Source of the DNA: Calcarisporiella thermophila CBS 279.70
Taxonomy: Eukaryota; Fungi; Calcarisporiellomycota
Reading direction: 5' to 3'
NCBI RefSeq assembly: GCF_041956535.1
Contig: NW_027192191.1
Location: forward strand, 721,328-785,327
Length of the DNA stretch: 64,000 nt
Shown: piece by piece, positions 11,981-24,300 of the stretch
Position numbering within the stretch: the first letter of the stretch is position 1
Layout of the letters: each line of letters starts with the position of its first letter
Notes under the pieces: generated by a model
Database searches by the model: none
What the model was told of the DNA's origin: nothing
Seen by the model: only the letters and a program-made list of their open reading frames with translations
Position numbers and translations under genes: made by a program

Positions 11981-14900
11981 TTACTCATGGAGAAGGTCGA
12001 AATTCAAAAAATTCCTCTTCAACCAAACGCTACGAATCAGCGCATCCGGTTCGGTCGGTAACGGCACAGCTTTGCCCTCGGGCGTATAATATATGTAAGG
12101 CAATCGTAGAACCACAAAACTGCTTCGTGGTAGGATAATAGGCTCGATGCCAGTGCCCATCCCTACTTCAAGTGTCTCTCCTTGAGAGGTGGTAACGGCA
12201 ATGACTGGGTGTAGCCGCAATGGGAGCGGGGAATTGGGAGTTACGATGTGGATCCGCTGAAGTTGGGCGATGATGTTGCTAGGAGTGGTGGATTTTTCGG
12301 GGGGCATATTATGTAAGGGACAGAGTATATACACTGGAAAATCCTGATCCAAGAGGGCATTGACGTTCTCCTTTAACCAATTCCATAAAAGATTCAGTAT
12401 ATTCCTTTATAGCTAAAAGCTGTCCATTACGTTAGTTTACCTTACTGTGATTCGTATGGCCGAGTTTGCAAATTGTGCCTCCGCTGCAACTCAGAAATCG
12501 ATGACCCTGAGGGCATTCATACTCTACTCCCACATAGGTCCGTAGCGTCATATCATTTCCTGGGGTATGTAAATCTTCAGCCAACTTGGCCAACTGTCGG
12601 CTTCGACCTCTCCGTCTCCGGCCACGGCGATCGCGTGGTGAATATAAGATCTCTTCAGTATGATTGCCGATACCAATCCTGCTTTTATTTTCCGAGTGCA
12701 TGGAGTTATCGGCGGAGAGGGATACTTTAGTCTCTGTAATGGCGGAAGCGAGTTTAAGTGCTTGAGAGAGAGGAAACGCGCGTGAGGAAGCAAGAGGGGG
12801 TTTTCCTTGAGGTTTGACTATCATCAAGTGCGCCAGTAATTTAAAATTATGAATGGAGTGTTAATGAATACAAAATGACGTCTTACACTCAGCTCCTAGC
12901 GCTGGCCATGCCTCTTGGTCCTGAATAACATTCATCCCCTTTTTTCTGAACGCAGAAACACCTACAGTGCTTCCTTTCCCTTTCCCTGTTCCTAATTTTC
13001 CATCTCCCCCTTCATATATCAAGTCCAATTCCCATTCCCATTGTGATTCCGCTTTTGCAACCATTGCATCCACTTCAGGGGTAGACTGCACTTTTAGACG
13101 AATATCCCAGGGCAGCAAATAGCTTGTCTTGCTGACGAATCCATCTCGCCAATCTAGACCGGAAAGAGGGCGATACATGCTTGCATGCCCGATAAGAATG
13201 AGAGACCATTGTGAATGTTTAAGGAAGGATGGGGAAGGAAGAGGAAAACGATGCATTCCAGGAGAATCACAGCACCCCTTCACTTGGAATATATGCACGT
13301 TGGCATCCTATCAGTGAAGCGAACTAAACTAAATACTCGAGGAGAAAGAAATTGGACTGTCTAGCTATTCGTACCTCAATATCGAAGGGGTCCTCGATGG
13401 CTCTTCGTGTTCTGCCACAATTACATGCATGGAAAGATTGAATGCCGCTTCGATGAAGTTTTTCCTCATCGTTTTCGCTCTTATCGTGATTTAACTAATA
13501 AGTGTCCGCGGTTAGTACAACAATGGATAGAAAGAGAAAAGGATAACAGTTTCTCCATTTCCATACCTCTTGCATGCATTCATGGCCAGTTAAACTTTTA
13601 ACTTCACATTTCTGTCGACCATTTTCCCAGATGCGCGTACACTCATTACGTAGTCTGTGTGCGTATTCGGTAGCACAAGTGCCACGAGCAAGTGATTGAT
13701 ATAATCGCATGGCCTGATCGAGCTGTGTAAAAACAGTGTAGATAATCGTTTGATAGGGTGGGGTAATTAACAAATGAACCTACTTTAACCTGGTGATGCC
13801 GCTTAGAGTAGAAAGGGGGAGAGTCTAGCAGATAGGCTTCAATGGCTTGTTTCAGGATTTGAATACACTGGCTATGAGAGAACGCTACATCCACCTTCAA
13901 GATCTCCAGCAATCTCTTCTCAAGTTTTTCTCTAATCTCCGTTATATTAGAATATTCATTCACTTTGCTGAATAATATCGATTTCAAAAGCACGGTCTCT
14001 GCGATCCACCCCTCCACAAATGGAAGTTCTACAATGATGTCACTTCGTCTTGACTGCCCTGATGCGGAGGACCAAACGGCGCGTAACCAAGTTTTGATAA
14101 AATCTTTGAACTTGATACCTATATCTTCAGTTTTAAAGAAGCTAGCCTGCAGCAAATTAAGACCATCAATGTCCGTAGGATCGAGTTTAGCAGCACGGAG
14201 AAGGAGAGATATGGTATCATCTGCGGAGGCATTAAAGAATTTTGGAACGAAACATAGTGGATGCTGTGAGGAAGGTGGTGGAAGTGAGAACAATAGGCGC
14301 CTTAAAACATTTTAAGGCAAAAAAAAAAAAATAAAAAAAAAAACAAGTTAACAAGTTGGAGGTCGTTCTGAGTATAGTGTTAATTTACCCTTCGGCGGAG
14401 GAATGAGGATCTGGCATTAAATTGCAGGCACGGAACAGTGCACGCAACCTTGAATATATTCCGTCCTGTGAAGATCGCAAGAGAGACTGGGATATCTCCT
14501 AATTATTTTGTAATTAGAAAGTAATTAGCTGCGTATGAGGCATTTATGAATACCTTCTTGCCGTCATTCTTAGATACGTAGTTAATCTATAATTTGAATA
14601 AGAACAGTCTCGGTCAACCCATAACTGCTTAGGTGATGAGAGTACCGCGAATATAAAAGACAAACCTCCAAAAATGTAAATAATAACAGCGGTAGGGTCT
14701 GTCCGAGCGCGAGCGATTCATCACTATAATCAAAGGCGGATTCAACGCCTAGAGTTGATCTTGCTGCTTTTTCTAGGCCATTCTTTGCCCAAACATTTAA
14801 TTGGTCTTTAATTAACTCTTGCAGTGCGCGATTCACGCTACGCTTGAGAGACGCCAAAGTTGAAAAGAGAGAGAGAAGATTTGCATCTATCTGTGTGCCT

Positions 14901-15866
14901 GGTACAAATGCCTGGGTTATGAAATAACGGTTGAATCAGAATTAAAGAGGGAGAAATATTGAGAATACCCACCACTAGCACATGCGATATCAAGAAGAGA
15001 AAGAGAAGCGAATTGTAAAACTGCTTTTGCCATTCAAAATCATCGCATCTTGAATACTACATAAGAATTTTCATAGATTTCAGTCGAAAGAAATGCATTA
15101 CAGCTTTTTCAAACGTTATTACAATTGTCTTTTTACTGGCAATATTATTGCTGCTCCCCGAAGTGTCTAAATATATAAATATTTGGCACTTGGGAACAAA
15201 ACAATAGGCCCATATCTTTGGCTGGGGATACGAATATATAGGTTAATTAATAAACTTGGTTCGAAATGTAATTAGAGAATGCTTACGAAGTTGTGGTCAC
15301 TCCCTGACAATAATACGGCATGATGCTTTGGACATGTGCATGTCATACCTTTGCAGCTAGACTAAAAGGTAAAATTCGGTTTTTAAGTAAAAATCGTTTT
15401 TGTTGAATCACAAAGCCTTGCGAAAAAACTTCTTACCGATCCGAATGCATTAACCCCTAATACGCCATTAATTTGACTCGACACATCCTGTCCAATGCAA
15501 TCTCCAAGGCCAAAAAAGCCCACTACGGTCGCCTTCTTCGAACCGTCAAGCTGAAATTGTTCAATGAGTCCTTATTATTGTTTTTAATGTTAATAGGGTC
15601 TTCATTATAAGAGGTTCATGCTGCTAATATTAAAACTTCAGAAGTTTTGCCATACTTTCAAATTCTTGTGTCCACTCGTTAAAATAATCTACATTGGATT
15701 TAGTTGACGATTGGTCAGTGTTAAGCGGAGGCTCCCCATCTTTTATCATTCCGATTCCATAGACTGTCCATCAACACACCTTAGAATGGGAATTGAATAA
15801 GGAAGAGTAGAAGCTTGAATTTGCACTGTATTTTAACGACGATAATGGTATCGAAAGACGTTTCAT
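11981..15866 (-). CDS. SMG8: SMG8 nonsense-mediated decay factor (SMG1 complex subunit)
   Basis: Multi-exon gene. The N-terminal exon reads ATVVGFFG..INGVLGVNAF. Other motifs are CTRIWENGRQKCEVKSLTGHEC, RTYVGVEYECPQGHRF, DFPVYILCP, AQLQRIHIVTP and VVLRLPYIY. The start codon position is approximate. Confidence 0.8.
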
Positions 15867-15906
15867 GGCTTAGAAAAGTGACTGCTCACGAGAGCGAGGT
15901 CCTAAA

Positions 15907-15923
15907 TTTCGTGTTTTTTCGTG
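15907..15923 (-). promoter_or_regulatory. Tandem SCB-like elements (CACGAAA x2) in the SMG8/PRI2 divergent promoter
   Basis: TTTCGTG at 15907-15913 and 15917-15923, about 50-65 nt upstream of the primase ATG. Confidence 0.45.
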
Positions 15924-15971
15924 TCAATTATTAAATCTTGCTGTTAGTTTTACGAACGTGTCTGACCAGCA

Positions 15972-17926
15972 ATGTATCGGCAAACTCGCAAAAGGCATGC
16001 TTTAACAACAACACGATTAGGCGATGTAGCCCTTCATACTGCACCGTATCCATATCGTCTGAACTTTTACCTCGATCCTCCCCTCTCTGAAGTTACTCTC
16101 GAGGAATTTGAGCTCTTTGCTTTAGATCGCGTAAAAGGTAACACGACCACCAATTTAATTGATCTGTTGGCTGAAGGCAATGACATGCCGATCTATGTTT
16201 TGTCAAATTATATAGTCCTAAAAATCATCGAAACTTATTGTGTCAGGGGGAAAAATGATGAAGAAATGAAGAGGCAAATGGAAGAGGCATGTGCACAACA
16301 TTTGCCTCTACACTCCAATAATGCTAAACATTACCCCCTGCAAGAAGAGCGACGGAAGGATCATATCAGTCACTTCATTTTACGGTTAGCTTATGCTAGA
16401 ACCGAGGATTTGAGAAGATGGTTCATTAATAACGAATGCGAGCTATTCAGGTGGAGAATTAATTCGGCGAATCAAGTTAGCATCTCAAATTTACTCGATG
16501 TAAATTTTTTCAATAGATATCGCTTCGAATCTGAGACACTACAGGATAGATACTCATATTTGACAAGTTTGAATTTATCATGGAAAATGGTATGCTTGAT
16601 ATGCATATTAGACTGTGGACATCAGAAATCTAACCATTTGACGGATAATACAATAGATAAGTAAAGAGGAAAAGGACAGCATACGGAAAGAGCTAATGGC
16701 ATCCTCCCCCCATATTGCTGAACGATTCGAGAGTGAAGCATTCTTTGAAGTAACTTTATATTTTCATTTGGATTCTATATAGGAATATCAGGACATTACG
16801 CTTACCACGATAACTAACCTCCAGGTTGACTGGCAAAAAGCATTGGATTTAGTCCATCAAAGACGTATATTTTTAAAGCGTGGTAAAGCATACGTTCCTT
16901 CGAGTGATCTGATTGTGCTTGTACTTGGTGAATTCCGAAAGCATTTAACATGCGCCATGGAGGTAACTAGGTGATTCGATCTGTTTTTATTGTGTACCCT
17001 CCTTCAATATGGCCAATCCTTCAATAGGCAGCCTCAAAAGCATTACCACGACTTGACGAAGATGACCGATTGGTACCAGTGTTAAACAATATCAATACAC
17101 AGAGTTCAGGAAAAGAGTTCACTGCGTCAGTACCGATTGCGGGGAAAGTATCGGCAAATGATGTTCCTAACGTAAGTAACATCCTGTTCAATGGTATGTT
17201 ATCTCATCTATTCCTAATTCTTATTTTATTCTTAAAGCTTGAACACCACTTTCCTTTGTGCATGCGCCATCTTTACTCTCAACTTACTAAAGATAAACAT
17301 ATGAAACACGGGGGTCGCATGCAGTTTGGATTATTCTTGAAGGTGAGATGAGCTGCTTTCCGCCTGTTTCGAATTTCATTAACACTTCTTCTTATCTCAG
17401 GGTGTTGGTCTCTCACTTGAGGAATCTATGATTTTCTGGCAAAAGGCGTTTACAAAAATTTCCAGCGATGACTTCCATAAGAAAGGTTATGCATACAACA
17501 TTCGGCATAACTATGGTATGGAGGGAAAGCGGACCAACTATACTCCATACAGGTAAGAAAAATATAAATCGAATGATTGCAATTGCATAGTCGAATTCAT
17601 TCCTTGTATAATTCAGCTGCACTAAAATAATCATGGGCGACCAACCACATGCTGGTGAGCATCACGGCTGCCCATTTCGCCATTTCTCACCTGAGAATCT
17701 CACGGCTACTCTCCGGGGCTACAAAGTACCTGAATCTGGAATACGCGAGATATTGGAGCTTGTACAGGGAAGACATTATCAGGTGGCATGCACAAGATAC
17801 TATGAGCTGACGCGACGGCCGAAAGAGGAAGGTGCATCAACAAAGCTATTAGAGCCTGTAGAACATCCGAACATATTCTTCAACAAAAGCTATGAGTTGG
17901 AAACAGGGTTAGAAGCTAATAAATGA
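15972..17926 (+). CDS. PRI2: DNA primase large subunit
   Basis: [24 protein letters not shown] and [14 protein letters not shown]. The Fe-S region has [44 protein letters not shown] and [14 protein letters not shown]. Multi-exon. Confidence 0.96.
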
Positions 17927-18933
17927 ACAGATATTCTTGGCTTCATTTGTATGAGTTTTATGTTTAATTTTCAAATAAAATAGATAATCGGCTATAGTAA
18001 CATAACCATTGTTTCACTCCTCCCCCTCTTGATCCATAGAAATGGACCCATATAAGAAGGCAAATCAACGGATACCAAGATTAATTTTCAACTACGACTT
18101 AGATTATCAACCATTCTACTTCAATCCTTACATCTCACACTTCTCGACATATCATCTTGAAGGACGTGTCGCAGTTTTTATTTGACGCTTAACCAAAAAT
18201 GCACGAGGTCGGCTCTGCTTTCACGTTTTAATATCCTGCTTCAGAGTAGAGTTGCAAAGCACTCCGACAAAATAATTAAATAATATGCTGTCAAAAAAAA
18301 AAGAGCTTAAAAGCGTGCGCTAATCAGAGTTAATAAACTAACATACTCCTGACCTTAACGGAAATATTTTCAGCAAACCCCAGGTATCCTAACATAAAGA
18401 AAACGGTAAATATTCAGGTGACTCCTATTACAAAAGAGAGTTAAATAAAAAAAAAATTCGAAAATCCAAAACCTGGAAAATTCAAATCAAGAAAGCATTA
18501 ATTCATTACGAACTGAAAAGGCTCGTCAAAAGGTATCTTTCGGAGACCCAGCGGTACAGCATGAGTAGAGGGTGGTATAGTTTCTTGTGAGGGGACTACA
18601 CCTTATGCTGAAAAAGGTGAGATCTGTAGATCACAGTTTTTTCGATCACATTAAGATCGACAAATGCCGTGTACACGAAAATGGAAAGCAATCAATGGAT
18701 GTATAGATTTTCAAAAAGAAGACGCACTAAGGCTGCGGGAAATCGAGGTCACTTATTCACCATATGACCAGAATAATATACCGACTGAGGAATCGACAGC
18801 AACAACATCCATATAGTTCAAAAGAGTAATTAATGATACAAATTATATACCATAAAATATATACAGTCCATTGCAAATATAAGAATATAAGGAAAAGAGC
18901 ACGAGACCAACTAGCCGAGGTGCTTGCTGGATA

Positions 18934-19828
18934 CTATGCGCTGCTGCTAGTAGGCAAGCTAGACCCCTTGATGATCGTATTATAATCAGGAGGAGGTGAG
19001 AGTGGCTGCAAAGAATCGGAGGAAGAGGGGTTGAAGGTGGGAGGAGGCGGCGGAATAAGAGTGGTGGCTTCGTATTCTGGGACAGGAGGGATCTCGGAGA
19101 ACTTTATGATAATAAACTGGATGGTAGAGGTGTCAGTGTCAGGGGGTTAGACCTCAGAGAAAAACGTTTTAAGGCCTACATAATCGAAGGTTCCTTCGAG
19201 CGTCTTCGACCCGTCGGGATTGATTCTTGTTGAACCCAACAGCTGTCTTCTCATTGAATACGCAATGTCCGGGTGGTCTAGCTCGCTCAACTCGGAGCAG
19301 ATTGCTTTCACAACTCTTTCAAACTATATAAACGCGTTTCTCCATCCAGTCTATAATTGAATGGGGCAACCATTGGTAACCTACCTTGCTCAACCGTTTT
19401 AGGACAAAAATTTCACACGCCAACGCAATGCAAACAAGAAAAACAATGGCTATTGCAGTAATTCCCCAGTGGAATCCTGAAGGAAGAAAAGGTTTCTCTT
19501 GAAGCAGAGGGGTAATTCCCAGTGCAACTACCGTCAAGACTACGACACTCACGAACACCAGCCAGAAAATAATGCGCGTCAAGCGCGATTCCGAGTGGGG
19601 CTTCACATTTTGCTCTCTTATTCGCTGATTGATAGCCATTATACGAAGAGAAAAGGTTTGGGGTGACATCTAGATCATAGAAAGGTGGGTTAAGCTCACA
19701 TGAGAATCAGCGCGAGAACAATGACTCTTCCATACATAACCATCAAGACTGGCGGGGAACTTGTCGCAAAATTTCTCGCGAGAATACACTAGTGGAATTT
19801 CGACTTTTCTCGAAGTTGGTTCCTCCAT
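18934..19828 (-). CDS. Two-TM membrane protein with an Erf4/Golgin-A7-like N-terminus and a proline-rich PY-motif tail
   Basis: Four exons splice in phase: MEEPTSRKVEIPLVYSREKFCDKFPASLDGY|MSPQTFSLRIMAINQRI, then 2 TMs, then FERVVKAICSELS..FDY|FIIIKFSEIPPVPEY..PPPDY..SSA*. The family assignment is tentative. Confidence 0.65.
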
Positions 19829-21384
19829 CTCCCATTGTTTAATTAAAAAAGACGCGGCATAAAGAAAGGGCGGCAGAGAGAGATTGGATTAACAAAAACA
19901 AAAAGCCCTTATAGCTAGAGTGTATTTTTTTTAGAAAAAAAAGTGTTTGTGAAAGGCTGTGGGGAAAAAGAAAAGGCAGGCGCGCGTGATACAGCATATA
20001 GCATTCAGCTCCTTCAAACTCTCACTTTTGAAGTATCAGCATGAGATTGCATTGCATTGATTTTGGAGTCTAGTGGTGGCAAAAGGGGCAGCGATGAGAA
20101 ATCTTAAATTCGTCTATAGTAATCCAGAGCCGTAACCCTATGCTGCTCCAGGAGACCCGCCCGCTGCACAGAGAGCCCACGAAGCTCGGCCAATAATCCT
20201 TGGAGATCTCTAGTATGCCTCGGATAAATAAGCTTGCCTTCCAGGAGACTTCAATAACCGCTGCGGTATTCTTGGCTATATTAAAGTGAAGTGTGCAAGA
20301 CTCTAATTGAATCGCATGTGCATTGAATGCAAAAATCGCTGGCTAGCTCCGGCTACAACCTAGAAGATATCTGGCTGCTAACCCTTGGACATAGCCAGCG
20401 TCTCCCGACTGTTTGACACAATAAGCTGGCTCTTCTATTCGGGTGAATATTATGCAACATAGACTTTTTTAATTTACCGCCGATTTCATGCGTGTTTGCG
20501 TCATACCACCTTCCCCTCGCATTCCCTCCTCCTCCCCGTCAACACAGATTAGGTTCCAATATACGTCTTGAATGGCCCATGCTTACCTCACTTTGTCCGC
20601 GCGTAGTGGCTGCTTCTGAAAGCTGTACAAAAAGATGGGAATTATTTTTGTTCTCTGAAGTGTCAGAAAGGGATGAATGATAGAATTTAAGATCTCACGA
20701 GATATCCCGTGTCGACTAAAGCAGCTGATGCATCAAGCGGTCAAGGAAGCTCAATGATCTCTAGTAAGAGCCGTGGAAAAGGCAAGAGTAACGAGGGCCG
20801 TAGCCAGGAAGCACCGACCGCTGTCGAGATGAATTTTTTTTTTTTTGGGTATTCATCTCTAAGAGAGCATAAGATTTTCAGTTCTTTGTGAAGCAATGAA
20901 CACCAATAATAAATTGTCTGAAATCTGGTCTTAACCTTTCAAGCCAGCAATCTTGCATCTCTGCGAAAGCATAAATTCTTAGCTCTTCTACGTCTCTGTA
21001 CCATTATTTCACCAGGAGTGAACCATCTTTATTCAGGCAAAGTTAGCACAACAACAAGGTGAGTCTCGCCCCTTCCTCAATCTCCATTCTGTACGCGCAT
21101 CAATATTTGCTATGCTTTGCTTTGCCCACATGTGGAGTAAACATGGGAAATCTCTGGATTAAGTGGGATTATTAACAACGTATTAATCTTAGTGCTTGGT
21201 GCTGCTTCACGGGAAACTAAAAGGATCTAGCGTGCGCATGGAGATCCTCATCCAGTTTCTTATGGTAAATATATTCGACATAGATTACTTCATGATCTGT
21301 GGTATTAGATCCCTGGGTCCAATAGTGTTCACTAATGTCCATTCGATTTTTTTTTTTTCTATTTAAGCTCCTTTCCCCATAATC

Positions 21385-24300
21385 ATGTCTTCAGAATGCA
21401 ATTCTTCAACCAGCAATGAACAATATATAACCACTTGGACGTCAACAACGCCTCTATTTGAGCTACCTGGAATTCAGAATCGTGTTACCATCGAAAAAGT
21501 TTATTTAAATGGATTGCATGCACTAAAGCGCTTTGAGATCAAGAACACATCACCTTTTCGCATACTCGTGCGCCTGCGTTCCAACCTGGGAACGCAGGTT
21601 GCATTTCAGCCTAATAACGAAAACCTCCCCGATCCTGATGCATTTTTTCAAAACACTTCATCCGCAGGGGCTGGGCTTGTGTCATTTCCTCAGACTCCCA
21701 GTGACGAAGCGTCTGAGCCCCTAGCCACATTTCCCTCTACTCCTCCCTCTCCTACTCTCTCCACGAGTATGGACGATGTACCCAATACTTTGCCTGAACA
21801 CTTCTTCAGTATTGCTACCAACACGGTAGCAGCCATGGCCGCGGGAATAAGTGACCGGTTTGGCCACCAGGGCTATCAGTTCAACCAGCTGTTTAACTAT
21901 GTTAATTATGTGGACGAAATTGATATACCCCCTTTTCAATCGAAGAAAGTTATTCTTGCTTTCCTCCCGGACTCTTCACGCGAACGAAGCAGTCGTCGTA
22001 CAGCAAATCGAGTAGATAGGTCAGAAGAATCAAGTGATAGGTCAAGTTTGTTTTCATCGGCCGCCCCTGCCGACTCGGAGGAGACGCATGATATATTTGA
22101 AGTCAACGGGTTGCTTCTGTTTTACGGGTATATCATGGACGCGACCCAACGTTTTCAGTACAATCATTCTTCAGCAACCTCAGGTCAGCGCACGGGATCA
22201 ACTTCTGTCGACCCATCTCCCCCTACCTCCAACTCACTCTCACGGCGTAACTCCATATCCCAGGAGCGACCACCTCGCTTACAGTTTTCTGAGTCGGAGG
22301 AAGGTTCTGCGACATCTGAGCCTCGGAGGGAGGATGAGCCCGGCTATGGAGCACGCTCTGACTACCAACTGACGGTAAAATTCCGGTCCTCTGTATGCCG
22401 TAGCGTCCTCTGGACCGATGTCGGTGAAACAGGCATCAATTTCGATGACTGTGTCGTGGGAGGTATCTACTTCAAAGATTTTACGGTGTGGAATCGCTCC
22501 GAAATTGAGCTTTACTGGCTGCTAAACACGGTGGACCTCACTAACACTCGGCATGATGACTGGCTACAATTCATCGACTACGATACTGGTGAACCGTTGG
22601 ACGCAAAGCCCATTCCAAGTTATTCACATCGTCGAATCCGCATTACCTTCCGACCAAAAGAAACCGGCGAGTTCAATTACGATCTTCAGGTGGAAAATGC
22701 CAATGATGCGAGCAATATTGAGCTGGTGCGGATCAACGCGTCGGTGCGCACTGTCCTCCGCGAAGAATCACTAGTGGTGAGTAGTGGAAACGTGCTGGAT
22801 TTTGGCGATTGCTGTGCAGGTGTGGTGGCAAAACAGCAGATAGTGCTCAAGAATGTAAGCGACATGCCATTGGAAATCCGATTCTCGGCCGAAAATGCAG
22901 AGGTTGCGTTCGACCTTGGTTCAGCTCCCGAATTACCCTCTGATCTCTCCTCTTCCCACCAAGATACCGTAAGCTCAGGATTGCACACGCCCACTCTATC
23001 TCTAAGTACCATGCTAAGCACAACTGACCGGTCTACCCCTGGAAGCGGTGCAAGTTCCCCACGCCCCTCCTCTCCAATATCTTCTTTGAATACACCCCAT
23101 TCGCTGGGACTCGAGATGGTGAGCGGGCGATCGGCGAGCAGCTCGGTGGCCGAAAATGGGGAAGGAGAGGCGGACGGCGAATCCATTCCTGAAAGTTTAA
23201 AACTCAATCCGAATGCCTCCCCGTCTTTGGCGAGCAATAGACCATGGGGTAGTTCAGTTGAAGCCGGCACCAGTCGCTCAGCGTCCCGGGCTGAAGGATT
23301 ACAGATCGATGAACTCTTAATAAAACCCGGTTCGGAGCGAACTGTAATCGTGTCCTATCGGCCTGAAAAGGATGCGTCCGCAACCGACTTCCGTGCAGGT
23401 CAGCTGGTGCGGCGAAACTTCCGCATTATTCTGGACTACGCCACTTATTCTGGCTCATCGGCACCTAGCTATCAGCGAGAAAAGAAGATAATCAAATGTA
23501 AGGCAAGAAGTTGCACCTCATTTGTTGAAGTTGTACCAAAAGAAGTCAACTTCGGCGATACGGACGTTGGCACACTTAAATCGCTCCCGATTGACATTGT
23601 GAACCGTTCCGAGCTAACGGCCCGTGTTGAAATTCGTTTCACCTCAAAAGTGCTCAATTGTTATCAAGGAGAACTGGTTATACCACCTTTACAGTCGATT
23701 GAAGTGAAACTGGACCTGTACCCGCGTAAGGTCAACCCTGATTACCGCAAGGAGCTTACCCTCGTTAACTTGCAAAACCGAGATAACGACCAGATCATCG
23801 AAGTACGCAGCAACAATATTGATAAGAAACGCGTTACATTTCACTCGCTCTTCTACCGCATTCTCACACCGACGGGATCGAATTATATTGATTTCGGATC
23901 GATTATTCTTAATTCACCTGCAGTGCGCACTTTTGTCATTGACAACATTAGCCAGGCGCCGTTAAAGCTAGAGCTCTCATCTTCGCTTCCCGAGGAGGTT
24001 GTAGTATATCGGAAGCGAAAACTTGCTGACGCTGCAGGTCAATTAGAAATCGACCAGGGCAACCTACTCTTTCGTCAGCGGTTGCTAGACTCCATCAGCG
24101 AGAAACGGGTGAGCGCTTCAAATTTTGTTGATAAAGAATCTATCGCTAGTGCATCCAATGGCTCTCCACTGGCTTCAACAAGTCTGAAGAATGGTCCAAG
24201 CAGCTCCCCGAGAAAACTAAGCTCTCCACGCCACACTATTGGCACCAATGCAGATAAGGGCATCGTTTCTCGGACAGAATATCTTGATTTGGCGACATCC

